A DNA stretch of 64,000 nucleotides from Octopus sinensis (Eukaryota): contig NC_042998.1 in NCBI RefSeq assembly GCF_006345805.1, forward strand, positions 41,602,001 through 41,666,000, read 5' to 3'. The translations under genes and the position numbers were made by a program. How positions within the stretch are numbered: position 1 is the stretch's first letter; each line of letters begins with the position of its first letter. Positions 11,988 to 25,900 of the stretch are shown one piece after another. Under the pieces are notes generated by a model. It had not been told where the DNA came from and made no database searches. It saw only the letters and a list, made by a program, of their open reading frames with translations.

Positions 11988-14108
11988 TCATCATCATCAT
12001 TGTTGTCGTTTAACGCCTGCTTTCTATGCTGATATGGGGTGGACGGTTTGACTGAGGACTGGCGAGCCAGAAGGCTGCACCAGGCTCCAATCTGATCTGG
12101 CAAAGTTTCTGCAGCTGGATGCTCTTCCTAATGCCTACCACACTGAAAGTGTAGTGGGTGCTTTTACGTGCTACCAGGGCCAGTCAGGTGGTACTGGCAA
12201 TGATCATGCTCAAAAGGTGTTTTACATGTGCTATTTGCACGGGAGCCAGTCCGGCAGCACTGGCAACAACCATGCTCAAATATTATTTTTCATGTGCCAG
12301 GAAGGCAATGATCATGCTTGGATGGTGCTTTTAACGTTCCACTGGCACGAGTTGCCAATCAGGTGGTACTGTTATCGGTCACGTCAGCGATTTTGATTTC
12401 ACTTGCCTCAACAGATCTTCGCAAGCAAAGTTTATTGTTCAGTGAATGAAGGGTACTCATAAGTGGGCTGGTTATACACCACTGGTATAGGCCACGGGTT
12501 ATGGTCTCACTTGGCTTGCTGGATCTTCTCAAGCACAGCATATCTCCAAAGGTCTCAGTCACTAGTCATTGCCTCGGTGAGGCCCAATGTTCAAAAGTCA
12601 TGCTTCACCACCTCATCCCAAGTCTTCCTGTGTCTACCTCTTCCACAGGTTCCCTCAACTGCTAGGGTATGGCACTTTTTCACACAGTTGTCCTCATCCA
12701 TTCACAACACGTGACCATACCAGCGCAGTCATTTCTCTTGTACATCACATCTGATGCTTCTTAAGTCCAACTTTTCTCTCAGGGCACTTACACTCTGTTG
12801 TGTATGCACACTGACATTACACATCCAGCGAGTATACTGGCTTCATTCCTTGCAAGCTTACGTATGTCCTCAGCAGTCACGGCCCATGTTTCACTGCCAT
12901 GTAGCATGGCTGTTTGTACACATGCGTCATACAGCCTACCTTTTACTCTGAGCAAGAGACCTTTTGTCACCAGCAGAGGTAGGAGCTCTCTGAACTTTGC
13001 CCAGGCTATTCTTATTCTAGCAGCTACACTTTCAAAGCATCTACCCCTGCTACTGACTCAGTCACCTAGGTAACAGAAGCTATCAACTACTTGTAGTTTT
13101 TCTCTCTGGAATGTAACAGAAGCTGTTCTTTGCACATTTTCAGTGTTTATTGCTCCTGAGCATTTGCCACATACAATAACTATCTTCACAGTTAGCCTTC
13201 CTTTAATATTGCTGCACCTCTTATGTGTCCATAGCTTACACTGGGTACATCTTATGGAGTTTCTACCTACGCCTTTTCTACAGACTGAGCAGGGTCATCT
13301 ACCTGAAGGGATTTGTGGTTTGTCTGCCTTCCTACTTATTAAGACTTTGGTTTTAGCTAGGTTGATTGTAAGGCCCTTTGATTCTAATCCTCACTTCCAC
13401 ACCTGAAACTTCTCCTCTAGTTCTGATAGTGATTCAGCAATTAGAGCAAGGTCATCAGCATAGAGGAGCTCCCAGGGGCATCCTGTCTTGAATTCCTCTG
13501 TTATTGCCTGGAGGACTATGATGAATAAGAGAGGGCTGAGGACTGATCCTTGGTGGACCCTACCCCTACCTGAAATTCTTCACTGTACTCATTGCCAACC
13601 TTCACCTTACTGACAGCATCCCTGTACATGGCTTGCACAGCTCTCAATAACCATTCATCTATCCCTAGTTTCCTCATTGACCACTGGATAAGCGATCAGG
13701 GGACCTTGTCAAAGGCTTTCTTCATGTCAACGAAAGCCAGGTACAGAGGTTTATCTTTGGCTAGGTATTTCTCTTACAGCTGTCTTACCAAAATATAGCA
13801 TTAGTGGTGCTTTCTCCTGGCACAAACCCCAACTGCATCTCATCTAGGCTGACACTCTCTTTCTAATTAGTTGGGTTATGACCCTCTCTAATTATTCGTA
13901 TATAATGCATCACCTTTACCTTTGTAACAGTTGACTATGGTGCTGCTACACCAGTCATTGGGTATGACTCCGTCACATATCACCTGGTTGACTATATGGG
14001 TGACTAAGCTATAGCTGACACTGCCAGATATTTTGAGCATCTCAGCGGTGATTCCTGATGGGCCGGGGGCTTTCCCTGTCTTCATACCCTTAATTGCTTT
14101 AACTACCA
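11988..14108 (-). mobile_element. 5'-truncated RTE (BovB-like) LINE with decayed reverse transcriptase
   Basis: Minus-strand peptides MKTGKAPGPSGITAEMLK, YLAFVDMKKAFDKVP, GVHQGSVLSPLLF, ELLYADDLAL and AMLHGSETW; frameshifts and stops; (CAT)n tail at 11988. Confidence 0.9.
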
Positions 14109-15399
14109 AGGTAGTATGTATTAATAAAGTAAATCATCAATAAAAGACCTTATTGAGACTGTTGGTAAATATATTTTGACATTAAAAATATTTACTTAGA
14201 AATTATACACATGCACACATATATGAATATACATCAGTAAGAAAGAAAAAAAAACTTGAGTTGGTGTACTTGTGTATGCATGTAACCAAACATAAACACT
14301 ATTATAAATACAAGGTAGATGCATATATTTGTGTTTTTTATACACTTGTATTTACACTCTCACACATATTTATTATTACTATTTTATGTGTCCACATGCA
14401 GTATAATGTTTCATGTTTCTATAAATTTTCAATAATTACAAGCAAATACACTGTTACACAGACATGCATACTTCCCACTCTGTATGCAGAATAATTTCTG
14501 CTTTTATGACTCTTTAATTCATTCTGCAGCTGAACTCACATCACATGAGTTTAAAAGCTTTTAAGTACTTGTATATATAATGATATTGAAAAGCAGTGAA
14601 AATTGTACCTCACATCAAAATAGTAGTCATTTATTGAATTTATACTGAATTTTACCCATTAGTAGTTATATAGGGAAATATACATTTTATATTTAATAAC
14701 TTATGTTTGTAGTGTTTATTTGGGTAGGTACTGTCCACTTTGCTTACCCAGCAACACATTTCTAATATTCTTATAGTTATTACAAATATATTACAACTCC
14801 CAGTTTCCAGAACATTCTATTTCATAAACTTCTGGTCCTAGCTCACTCGAAATATAGTTTCTGTCCTCAAACATACCAAGGATATAGTGTTTTTGGACAT
14901 ACACACATACATATGTATTTATGTGTGTGTGTATATATAATGGCCAAGTGGTTAAGAAGTTCACTTCACAATCATGAGGTCTTAGTTTCAATCCCACTGC
15001 ATGACATGTTGGGTAATTGTCTTTGACCATATCCTTAGGTCACCTCAAGCTTTGTGAATGAAATTGAATAGATAAAATCTGAGTGTATGGAAGCTTGTCA
15101 GATGGACTGTACCTGTAATTCAAAAGGCCATCCTGTCTGAGTATTATGTTAAGGTACATATGTGCATGGAATACTCTGCCACTTACTTGCTATACCAATG
15201 AGTAGGCAGTTCACTTGATTGAACAAAAAGAATATTCATTGTCAAAATCAATAGATACATTTACTTCTTAATTTACTTTTATTTACCTACCTATCTCCCC
15301 AAACCTTCTTAACTACCTACTACTTCTTTCCTTTGTGGGTTATTTAGGTACACCCACATATATAGAGGAAACTGTTTATTGTGACTACTGTGGGATGGA

Positions 15400-15580
15400 G
15401 TCTTTTGAAGCATGGAATAAACTGCCTGCGTCAGTTGTTGACTGCCATGACACTGCATCCTTTAAGGCCCTCATGCTTTCCGAAATCCGCTGAAACTACA
15501 CCTGATTATATATACACTTTAGATGAGTTGTAGTGCACCTGAGCACTGTACACAATGTTTTATTATTATTATTATTATTA
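15400..15580 (+). mobile_element. 3' end of a CR1-like LINE with (TTA)n tail
   Basis: gaagcatggaataaactgcctgcgtcagttg (EAWNKLPASV) matches the copy at 61600-62470. Confidence 0.7.
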
Positions 15581-15822
15581 AATAACAACCAGTTAATAAC
15601 ATTAACTAGAAGATATAAGAATGTTCTGAGCATGTTTGGAACCCCACTCTAATTTTGATAACAATAACCCTGAGTATGAAATGTGACTCAGCTCTACGTT
15701 CCCTAGCAGATCAAGAAAATTGTATCACACTTTTATTTCATAGTTGAGAGTTAATAATATGAAAGCCATCTAAACATAAAAATAATTATCCCAACAAGAA
15801 TATAAAAAATACATATACATGT

Positions 15823-16080
15823 GCAGGAGTGGTTATGTGGTAAGTAGCTTGCTTACCAACCACATGGTCATAGGTTCAGTCCGACAGCGTGGAATCTTGG
15901 GCAAGTGTCTTCTACTATAGCCTTGCTGGTGTGTTTATGTCCCCGTAACTTAGCGGTTCAGCAAAAGAGACAGATAGAATAAGTACTAGGCTTACAAAGA
16001 ATAATTCCGTGGTCGATTTGCTCGACTAGAGGCGGTGCTCCAGCATGGCCGCAGTCAAACGACTGAAACCAGTAAAATAA
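15823..16080 (+). mobile_element. SINE family A copy with internal deletion
   Basis: gcaggagtggttatgtggtaagtagcttgc head joined directly to the gctggtgtgtttatgtcccc tail. Confidence 0.8.
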
Positions 16081-17454
16081 TAAAAGAAAGAAATACAAAC
16101 CAAGGGTAAAAATGGATATAAATGCAAAAAGAAATGGATATAAAACTGTGTTTATGAAAGTAGGGTATAATTTGAGTGAGATTTGTCTGTAAATCATATT
16201 AAAGTCAATTAAAAAATGTGATAAATATACATGTATATATTATTGTTTTACTGCTTCTAGGTATTCAAATTATTCATATGTAAGAAAACAAAAAACATTT
16301 ATGTGATTAAATATCTGGAGCAAAATGTTGATGTGTTTAACGCATTTGATAGAGATTTCTCTTAAGTCATTCTGTTGTTAGTTTGGTAGCTAAGCAGAAG
16401 AAGTTGTGGATACTGTCTTTCCTACCTGATTAAACAGTAAAAAAAAAAATCTATAACAAAGAAGTCAATTTTCAAGGAAACTGAGAATGGGCTCCTTGAA
16501 TATACAAGATAGAAAAATAAAATGTGTGATGGTGTCTGCAAAAAGTTCTGAAAACCCATGAAAGATAGCATGAGAGGCCATAAAACTTTAGTGCTTGTTA
16601 AAGTTATTCTGATAAACTTCTGGAACAACCTACTAAGGGCAAAAGACCAAATTTATGATTAGTACAAAGTCCTGGCCAGACTGAGGTGATGTAGTGGAGA
16701 ATTAGTCGAGATGAGATGCAGTTTGGTTTTGTGCCAGGGAGAAGCACTATAGATGCCATTTTTCTTGTAAGACAGCTACAGAAGTATTGTACTTGGCATT
16801 TGTTGGCCTGGTGAACTGATGGCCTCTGAAGAAGCTAGGAGTAAATGAAAGGCTGTGAGAAACATACAAGCCGTGTATAGGAATGCTGTTAGTAACATGT
16901 AGAACAACAAATTTAGTGTACAGTTTGGAGTTTTCATAAGCACATAGAAGATGCAGTGGAATTGCAGGAAGGTTAATTGGAAAGTAAACTTTGTATGTGG
17001 CAGTAAACATTAAGAACACACAATAGATTCTTTCAAATGCCCAGGAAGTTTCCTAGAAGTAGTACATAATTTCCGTTACTTAAAGGGTCCTGATTAGCAG
17101 TGGGGGAAGAAATTCTGAAAGTATGGTTACTAGAATAAGAAGAGGATAGAGAAAATTCAAGGAGTTATTACCTCTTTAGGTAACAAAAGGTCTCTCCCTC
17201 AGAGTGAAAGGCATATTGCACAATGCTTGTGTACAATTAACAATGTCACATGATAGTGAGATGTGTGATCTGAAACCAGAGGATATGTGAAGATGAGAAA
17301 AGAATGAACATAGTATATTCTGATGGGTGTGCAGGTACAACAAAGTATAAATGTGTTGAGGTCGAGATTTTGGATATAAGAAGAAACATGTTGTGAGAGA
17401 AGACTGCACTCATTGGTATGGATGATGACAATTGTATAAAGAAATGCTGATTAC

Positions 17455-18077
17455 TTAACCCTTTAGCATTCAGATTACCATCAAATTTTTAATACTTTTA
17501 AAATCACTTAGTTGCAGGAGTGGCTGTGTGGTTAGATACTTGCTTCCCAACCACATAGTTCCAGGTTCAGTTCCACTGTGTAGCACCTTGGGCAAGTGTC
17601 TTCTACTATAACCTCAGACTGACCAAAGCCTTGTGGATTTGATAGATGGAAACTGAAAGAAGCCTATCATTATATATATATATATGTGTGTGTGTCTGTG
17701 TCTGTGTTTGTCCCCCCACATTCACTTGACAACCGATGTTGGTGTGTTTACGTTCCCATAACTTAGCAGTTTGGCAAAAGAGACTGATAGAGTAAGTACT
17801 AGGCTTACAAAGAATAAGTCCTGAGGTTGATTTGTTTGACTAAAGGCAGTGCTCCAGTATGGCCGCCATCAAATGACTAAAACAAGTAAAAGAGTAAAGA
17901 GTATAGTTTTGAATTAATCATGCAGTATCTTGTAACTTCGAGATTTCACTGAGTTGATTTTATATTTTTAGAATGACATTCTAGGGTAGATACAAGAGGC
18001 CAAATTTTGACAGTTTGAAGTTAAAACTAGTAGAATATTCAGGTTGGATAGGGCTAGTTTAAATGCTAAAGGGTTAA
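17455..18077. mobile_element. TTAA-flanked (piggyBac-like) MITE containing a SINE family A insertion (17514-17903)
   Basis: TTAA-CCCTTTAGCATT ... AATGCTAAAGGG-TTAA terminal inverted repeats; the internal sequence matches 19142-19360 and 28049-28220. Confidence 0.8.
17514..17903 (+). mobile_element. Full-length SINE family A nested in a MITE
   Basis: gcaggagtggctgtgtgg head to aaacaagtaaaagagtaaagag tail; possible short TSD tagtt. Confidence 0.85.
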
Positions 18078-18239
18078 AGTGGATAGTACTTGTAAAAGAG
18101 GGAGACTCAGGAAGACATGGGATGAAGTAGTGAAGGCTGATCTCAAGATGTTGAGTCTTATGGAAGAGGTAACAAAAGACTGAGATCATTGATGTTTTGC
18201 TGTGCTCAAGGAGACCTGTCCATCATAGAAATAACTACC

Positions 18240-18990
18240 ATAATTTGATAGTTATTTCTATCTAAAGCATCACCTTTACCCTTGTAGTAGTTGACTATAG
18301 TGCTGCCACACCGGTCATTGGGTATAACTCCTTCATGAACTATCTCATTGGTGATTCCTGATGGGTAAGGTGTTTTCCCTGTCTTCATATCCTTAATTGC
18401 TTTATCTACCCGGTTACTGTTGATTCTGGTAGCTGGTCCCTCAATTGGGTCAACCTCTGGCAGACCCACCTCCTCCCATTCATTCTCCACATTCAGCAGT
18501 CTTTCATAAAGGTATTTCCAAGCCTCTTTCTTTGCTGAATCATTAAACGCAAGGGCACCATCATCAATGCAGACACATTTCTTTCCTATGACATCACGGT
18601 TTTCTCTTACACACTGTCTTGCGATCTGAAATACTTCAGTTCTTTGGTCCTCACATCGCTGAACATTGGCAAACTTCTTTTCTGCTACTGCCTTGGCTAT
18701 GTATATACCTGTCTCCTAGCTTCCCTTTTGGCTATCTGATACATTCTCCTGCTACCCCAACTCTTCCAGGCCTTCCAAGCCTGTTTTTGGCTCTAATGGC
18801 CCTGTCTACAGTATTGTTCCACCACCATTTTACCCTAGGTCTGGAAGGGACTTTGCACCAGCCACAGATTTGGTCTGTAGCACTCAACAAGCTGTCTCAC
18901 AGGAATTCCCAGCTGTCTTCTATGCTGCAGGACTGTAGCTCCTCCTCCCTATCACCAAATTTCTCAGTAAGGATATCCCTAAACCTCTGA
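18240..18990 (-). mobile_element. RTE LINE fragment (endonuclease/RT linker region), decayed
   Basis: ENEWEEVGLPEVDPIEGPATRINSNRVDKAIKDMKTGKTPYPSGI parallels the 13888-14109 peptide. Confidence 0.75.
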
Positions 18991-19034
18991 CCATATATGT
19001 GTATGTGTGCATATATTTATGCATATTTGTCTTA

Positions 19035-19455
19035 ATGTCTGTGTGTGTTCCCCCACTGTCACTTGACAACCTATGTTGGTGTGTTTATGACCCTGTAGCT
19101 TAGCAGTTCAGCAAAAGAGACCGATAGAATAAGTACTAGGCTTAACCCTTTAACATTCAGATTACTCTGTCAAAGGTAATGCTTATTTATTCATATCGCA
19201 TTTTAATTATTCATGCATCATCTTGTAGCTTTAAGATTTAAATGACATGATTGTATATTTTCAAAATGACATTGTAGGGTAGATATGAGAAGCCTGATCT
19301 GGCTAGTTTGAACATAAATAAAGTAAAATATTTGGGCTGGTTTAAATACTAAAGGATTAAATAAAATAAGTACTAGGGTTGATTTGTTCGACTAAAATCC
19401 TTCAAGGCGGTGCCCCAGCATGGCTGCAGTCAATTGACTAAAACAAGATAAAAGA
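19035..19455 (+). mobile_element. SINE family A 3' half interrupted by a TTAA MITE
   Basis: SINE sequence gaataagtactaggc|ttaa resumes after 19360 as ataaaataagtactagggttgatttgttcgac. Confidence 0.8.
19142..19360. mobile_element. TTAA-flanked (piggyBac-like) MITE
   Basis: ttaaccctttaacattcag ... tttaaatactaaaggattaa. Confidence 0.8.
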
Positions 19456-19989
19456 TACTTCAAATTGAAAAAAATAAAAAGTGAGGGAACTGAGAGGCTT
19501 GCTTTTTACCAGATCAAAATATTTTGTTTGAGAAATGGTAGCATCTTATTAATATAGACCATTGAAAATTATTCTGAAACCGTACATAAACTTGTAAATG
19601 AAGCTTCATTTACAAGTTGTCTATCTCCATTTTCTTTTGCTTTGTTATCTTATGTGCATAGATATATATTTTTAATACCCAGTACTCAGTATTTATTTAC
19701 AACAGCTATCCTTACCAATTGTCTTTGCTATATATGTTGGCTAGTACACTTTCAGCCCATATGGACTCTGCTTTTTGTGCAATTGTATGTCTAACAAATC
19801 ATACCTATTTCTGCTTCATCCTGTTCTCAAGTTTCGACACTTACGCTTTACAAAGTCTGTTTTTTACATAGAGCGAAAAACCCTTTGTTACCAATAGAAA
19901 TAATAACTACCTATATTTTTTTATACTTCTTACTTTGTCTTATAATTTTCACTACTTTTACCTCCAGTATAGACTACATCACCTAAGTA

Positions 19990-21129
19990 TTAGGTCGTCA
20001 AGTATGAAATTTGTAGTAAGGTATATAGTAAACTTTGACAGCTGCTCATTTTGCACCATTATTATATTTTGAATCTTTATTTTTTGTTAGAAAGCTGACA
20101 CGTCTATTTCTTTATTCTAACTCATTCATACAGTTTTGAAATATGAGTTCTTTCTTGGAAATGCATCACAAACAGCTCAGAATATTACTGGAGTATTTCA
20201 GACAGTATCAAATTGGTTTGCAAAATTTCGTTCTGGTAACTTTGACCTCACAAATGAGCAACACGGTCAACCAGAAACAAAGGTGGATAGTGACAAACTG
20301 AAAGCCACCATCGAGTCAGATCCATCTGAAAGTGCCTGTGAATTATCGTTGTTGTTTGGTGTTAGCAAGCAAATAATATTGACTCACCTAGTTCAAGTTG
20401 GTAAAGAGAAAAAGTTGGATAAGTGGGTTCTACATGAACACAATGAAAATCAGAAACAGCAATGCTACTTTCTTGTCACAAAAATGAATCATTTTTTTTA
20501 ATCGAATTGTAACGTGATGAGAAATGGATCCAGTACAACAACTGTAAACATTCAGCGCAATGGTTGGACAAAGACGAGCCACCAAAACACAGTCCAAAAA
20601 GCTAAATTCATCAAAAGAAGCTGATAGTGTGTGTTTGGTGGTCTGGTGCAGGTATGATCCATTATGATTTCTTAAACCTGGCTCATCAATCATGGCCGAA
20701 GTATACTGCAGCCAACTGGACCAATTGATGCAGAAACTTACCAAAGAACAGCCTAGATTAGTCAATAGATCCACTCCTATTTTATTGCAAGACAAAAATG
20801 ACATTGGTAAAACTACAGGAGCAGGAGTTGGAATTTCTCCATCATCCACCATACTCACATGATCTTGCCCCCACTGACTACCACTTCTTCCAGAATGTGG
20901 ATAACTTTTTGATAGGAAAAAAATTAATTTCAATGGTACTATAAAACAGGCCTTCCAAGATTTTATTGACTCTAGATTCCCAGGCTTTTACAGTTCTGGG
21001 CTGGACAAGCTACCACTGAAATGGCAAAAGTGTATTGACAATATATTTTGATGAGTAAAACTATTCCTTGTATTTATAAAAGATAAGAAAACTTTTTTTT
21101 TTCTACAAATTTCATACTTGACGACCTAA
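19990..21129 (+). mobile_element. Mariner (Tc1/mariner) transposon, full length by TIRs, transposase pseudogenised
   Basis: Perfect 27 bp TIRs TTAGGTCGTCAAGTATGAAATTTGTAG / CTACAAATTTCATACTTGACGACCTAA; TA on the left, CA on the right; peptides WFAKFRSGNFDL, KKLDKWVLHE, EKWIQYNN, KLIVCVWW; frameshifts. Confidence 0.92.
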
Positions 21130-22578
21130 CAGAAATTATTGATTACCTTAAGTCAATCAATGCACTTCATTCATGGCTATTTCTACAACTAGACCCACAT
21201 TGCCACATTGTGTATAGACTCACATTGCCAAATATACTGCCAGAAAAATTAGCTTCTATTCCAAAAAAAAAAAAAAAATTATGTACCCTAAATCAATTCC
21301 TATTCCTTATATTTTCCCCAAATCATTCAATATATGGTGTTATATTGAGATTTTTAATCAGTAGTTCTCTGAAGCTTTTTGCCATAAAAAATTTAGATTC
21401 CATTCTAAAACTAATCTACAAAACCCCTTTTATGTTTTCCTTACTTTTTTCCTGCTACTTGTAAAATTCTGTTTTGTCAGTGTGAACAGTTTGTGCTCAT
21501 TCCATCATAAAAAGACTATATAAGCTCCTGTATTTACACATAATGAATTCTTATATTTTGTTCCATGCTAGCATGGAGAACGGACGTTAAACGATGATGA
21601 TGATGATTTTATGTCTGTTTTTTCCAAGCTACCATGAGTTACATAAGTAAAATTATTGAGGCAATTTGTATGGTAACATTTTATAATACTTAAAGCTCGT
21701 TGCTTAGTTTATTGTAATGTCTAACAAAGTTGTAATTTATTTGAAAGCATCTCAAACATAATGTTGGGAGAGATTATAATGATGGAAAAATAACATCATT
21801 TTCAGTAATATTTTCTTTATCTTGTTTCAATATTTGGTTATTGAGCTAGAAACCAGCATTGTTTACTTTCCAAATTTCTAATACAATCAAAGACTAATTA
21901 AGTATTTTGTATTTATTTTAAACCAAAAAGAAATAAATATTGTGTGTTAATCTTTGTGTCAATATATGCAAAATTGCACTGTTTATACCTTTTGTATCCT
22001 TAGTAATTGTGTGTGTGTGCATCTAAAACTAATTACTCTGTTGTTTACAGTTCACACTATACTTTATTGACTATTAATGATTTTTAATTATACTGAATTA
22101 GAATTTCTAAAATCATTGATTGAAATAGCCTATCAATTTTCTGAATCTAATTTTTCATCTAATATAGTTTGATATATTGTAATAATTTTCTGCATGAATT
22201 AGGTTTCTAAATGAATCTTAATATTTTAAAAATATAATATGAAGAAATAATTTAAGTATTAATTAAAAATTGTGTTTGTGTTTTTCTCTTGCATCAATTT
22301 AGCCGGAAAGTAGCTATGAATAATAATATAATTTATAATAGAATTGTTGTTGCTAAAATGAGTGTTTTATTAAATAGTAGTATATACAAAACTTTTTTTA
22401 ATGTTAAATACAAAAGTGTAATTCTTTCATTAACTAGTGTTTTTAATTAAGTGTTTATTTATAATAATATATGAAGATTGCTATGTTCTTCACATCCTCA
22501 ATATATAATAAATGTTATTAATGTTCCAAGAAACTTGACCTCTACTGTTCAATTGCTAACACAGCTTTTCCTTTCCAG

Positions 22579-22979
22579 GTTGATTGTCAGGTAATCAAAC
22601 AAGAACCACTCTCTGAAAGAAATCTTCCATTATTTGGGACTAAAACTGATATATCATCGAATTTAATTGATAAATTACCCTCAGATGTTATTGACAACTC
22701 TGGCCAGCTAATCATTCCTGCAGATTTGCAATCTCACATTAACTCTGAGAATTTAACCACTCACTTTAATCTACCTGATATTACAAACTATTTTAGTCAA
22801 ACTTCTTCATTAAATGATTGCATCCTAGCACAACCCACTGTTTACAACCAATCTACCATGCCTAATAATGCTCAGATTCCAAGAATACAGTCTAGGCTTT
22901 CACACATGACTGTAGATGCCCAACAAAATATGGAACTTCAAAACCAAATACAAAGACAGAACAAAAGATCCTTATATGG
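22579..22979 (+). CDS. Coding exon 2 of the THAP module (VDCQVIKQEP...NKRSLY, 133 codons + 2 nt)
   Basis: Branch-like gctaac, pyrimidine tract and CAG acceptor at 22578. Only phase 0 is open, matching the THAP exon 1 donor. Ends GG|GTAAGT at 22980 (phase 2). Confidence 0.8.
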
Positions 22980-25900
22980 GTAAGTTAACTCTTCTAGCTC
23001 TTAGTTTATGTTCTTTCAAAGTAGAAGAAAGGCTTTGGAAAAATACTCAACTCAAACTTTCATCAAATTCTAATAAAGACTTGTCGTTTGACTGTATGTC
23101 TATCCTGTTGACATCTAAGAGCCTCTCTTCAAACACTTTTTGAAGTGGTGGATGAATAACATAGGGGATATTTTTCAAGTCTGGATTCATTAATACAGAA
23201 AACTTTCATGATTACAGATCTCCTTGGACTGGGGCTCATTTTAAGCAAGGAGTCTACTGCATATTGACTTTATCAACTATTTTACATTGTTATCACCTTA
23301 TTAATGGACATAAAACATATCAGTGAAATCTGGATTGAAATCTAGAATTGAAACCACTGCTTCTACTGTGAAGTTTGCTGTCTTACTGACTAGCTTGTAC
23401 AACTGCCATTTAAGAGTTTCTAAACTGGAAATTATTTTATACCCTATAAATAAGGTTTGTTTTTATGAATTTCTAATTTTATATTGGATTATTTTATGTC
23501 AATAAATAAATTTCTCATAAAATTGCTGAACAACCAAAGGACAATTCATTTATCATCTTGAATAATATATAATTATTTAATAATCATTGATAGATCACCA
23601 TACATTTTCATGGTCTACTGCTACACTACTAACATTTTTTATACACTGGACAAGACTAATTGTTACTTTGTTGTTTGTGTTTAGCTAATTTCTGTGCATC
23701 TTCTTTCAATTGTATCAAGTGTACATTAAAAAAAAATCATTTAAATTATTGTAATCACTTCAGAGTGATCAATAAAAGTATGTTTTTTATTTATATTTTC
23801 ACCTGGAAATAGAAACAAATGTCACTTATCTCTTAATTCTTGTAGATATTTATTTGATTCAGATACTTAACAGCTGGTCCTCTTGATGTTAAACACTCAC
23901 CATTTGATTATACAATCAGAATGGTAACTAATTCTTCAAATACCTTCAGTGAAACAAAGTGAATTAAAGTTCAGCAATGTTTCTCTCCTAAAAGAAGATT
24001 AAAATACTTATGATAGGTTTTGAACCCATAATTTGTAGGTTTGTAGAATATTATGTATGACAAAACTGAAATATTTTGTTCATATATTTTACTAAGTAAA
24101 AATTTCTGCAAGTACAGTCATCTTGCTGATTAACTCCATTGTCAGGTCTAATCAAGCAAACCTATTTTGACAAAAAGGATTCCAGCCTTGAATGTCTAGT
24201 CCCTTTTTTTTTTGTCTTTTCAGTGCAGCCTTTCTTTTTCTTTTCTTTTTTTTTTTTGTCGTTTTTTTTTCAGGCAGTAGGATGAGATTTGACTACTGTT
24301 TTTGATTACATTGATTGATCATATAGAGGTTCCTTTGTTGGTTTGTTGGTCAGCTTGTTTATATATGTGATGATTAAATCTGCTGAATATCTGAGTTTAC
24401 CCAAAACTATTTCACTTATTTGGAACTGAAATGAATATTTTTTAAGTCAATATAAAATATTGAAACAAAGTAAAAAAAAAAAAAAAATGATTCACATCAA
24501 GAAGAACTATTTCAATATCAATCTAATATTTTAGTGATAAAGCATTTGTTATATTTTAGAAGTTTGAGTTATGCTATGGGGAAAAGGGCATGTTGCTTGT
24601 ATATGTGATGAGAATAATTGTTTCAAATTAATGTGATGAAAATAATAAGAGTAGTAAATTGGATAAAAATGTTTTTGTTAACATAGTGTAGCTGATGTAG
24701 AATTAATTGTAAAAAACATTTAAGAATGTAATAGCTACAGTTTACAAAACTGAACAAAAATAGGAAATAAATTATTAAGTGATGTATAGTATTTAAATAA
24801 TGTAAAAATAAACACATTTTGATTGTCAATGATGAGATTTTTCAACATCCCACAGATAACTGAACTGGAAGAGTAAACTGCAACAATCCAGATTAGTCCT
24901 CATTATAATTATAGTTGTCATAATGCTCATTTCAGTATTGGATTCCTGACTAATTGGTTCATCATTAATGTCTAATTTCCATATTTGCTTTTACTACCTT
25001 AATGTTCTGCTTCATACATTATCTTCATGCCATGCAATGCATTTGGAAATGTTGAGATTACAAATGTATCCTCTTTATGTTTATCTAGTTAGAAAGGATG
25101 TAGCCACAAAACAATTGCAATTAGAACCTTGAAAAATGTTCAAATTTAATCCATTGCACAACTGGTAAAAGATTGAAAATAGGTATAAAAAAAAAATAGT
25201 AATAATAAAAAGTGTGGAAAAAGTGAAATATATGTTATTTATTGTTGTTAACTCTAATTAAATGGATTGTACATTTTAAAGGCATTTAAAATAGAAGAAT
25301 TATGTATAGTTTTGCTTTATATTCTAATGTATGAATACGTATGAATATATTTACCTTGTTGAAACATGTTCCATAGAATATGTTATTTAAGCTAAATGTA
25401 ATATAATTATATAAAATTTAGATAATGCATTTCTTGGCTTGTTATGAATTCATCTGATAAATTTAGAACACTTCTGATATTGATTGCTTCTATTGATCTT
25501 TTAAAAGCTACTCGAGGTTTGGTGCTAGTTATTCATTAATTATTTTATATGCATTTTTTTCTTCATCTCTTTGAATTCCCAAACAGAAGCTATTATAAAA
25601 CTCCAGATATGCTTAGTCAACTGCTAGTTAATTATATTGTATATTTAGCTCTAGTCCAGTGTACAGTTAATTAGATTAGAAGACAAATCTAGCTACTTAC
25701 AAGCTTTCTTCTTTCTGTTCTTTGCCCCTTCTTCCTCCATTACCAATTACTTCAAATATTCCAACTCATTTTCAGAAGATTATTTCATTCTGTAGTTAAA
25801 ATTTAACATTTAAAATTATTTCTGTTCTGTGTTTCTTTATTTGCACATATATTTATCTAAAACCTACATCTACCATACTGTTACAATCCAACAATACTAA

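Larger units (their letters stand above)
16665..18200 (+). mobile_element. Decayed RTE LINE fragment interrupted by a MITE (17455-18077)
   Basis: gagatgcagtttggttttgtgccagggagaagcactatagatgcc (EMQFGFVPGRSTIDA); the RT C-terminus resumes after the MITE at agtggatagtacttgtaaaagagggagactcaggaagacatgg. Confidence 0.75.
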
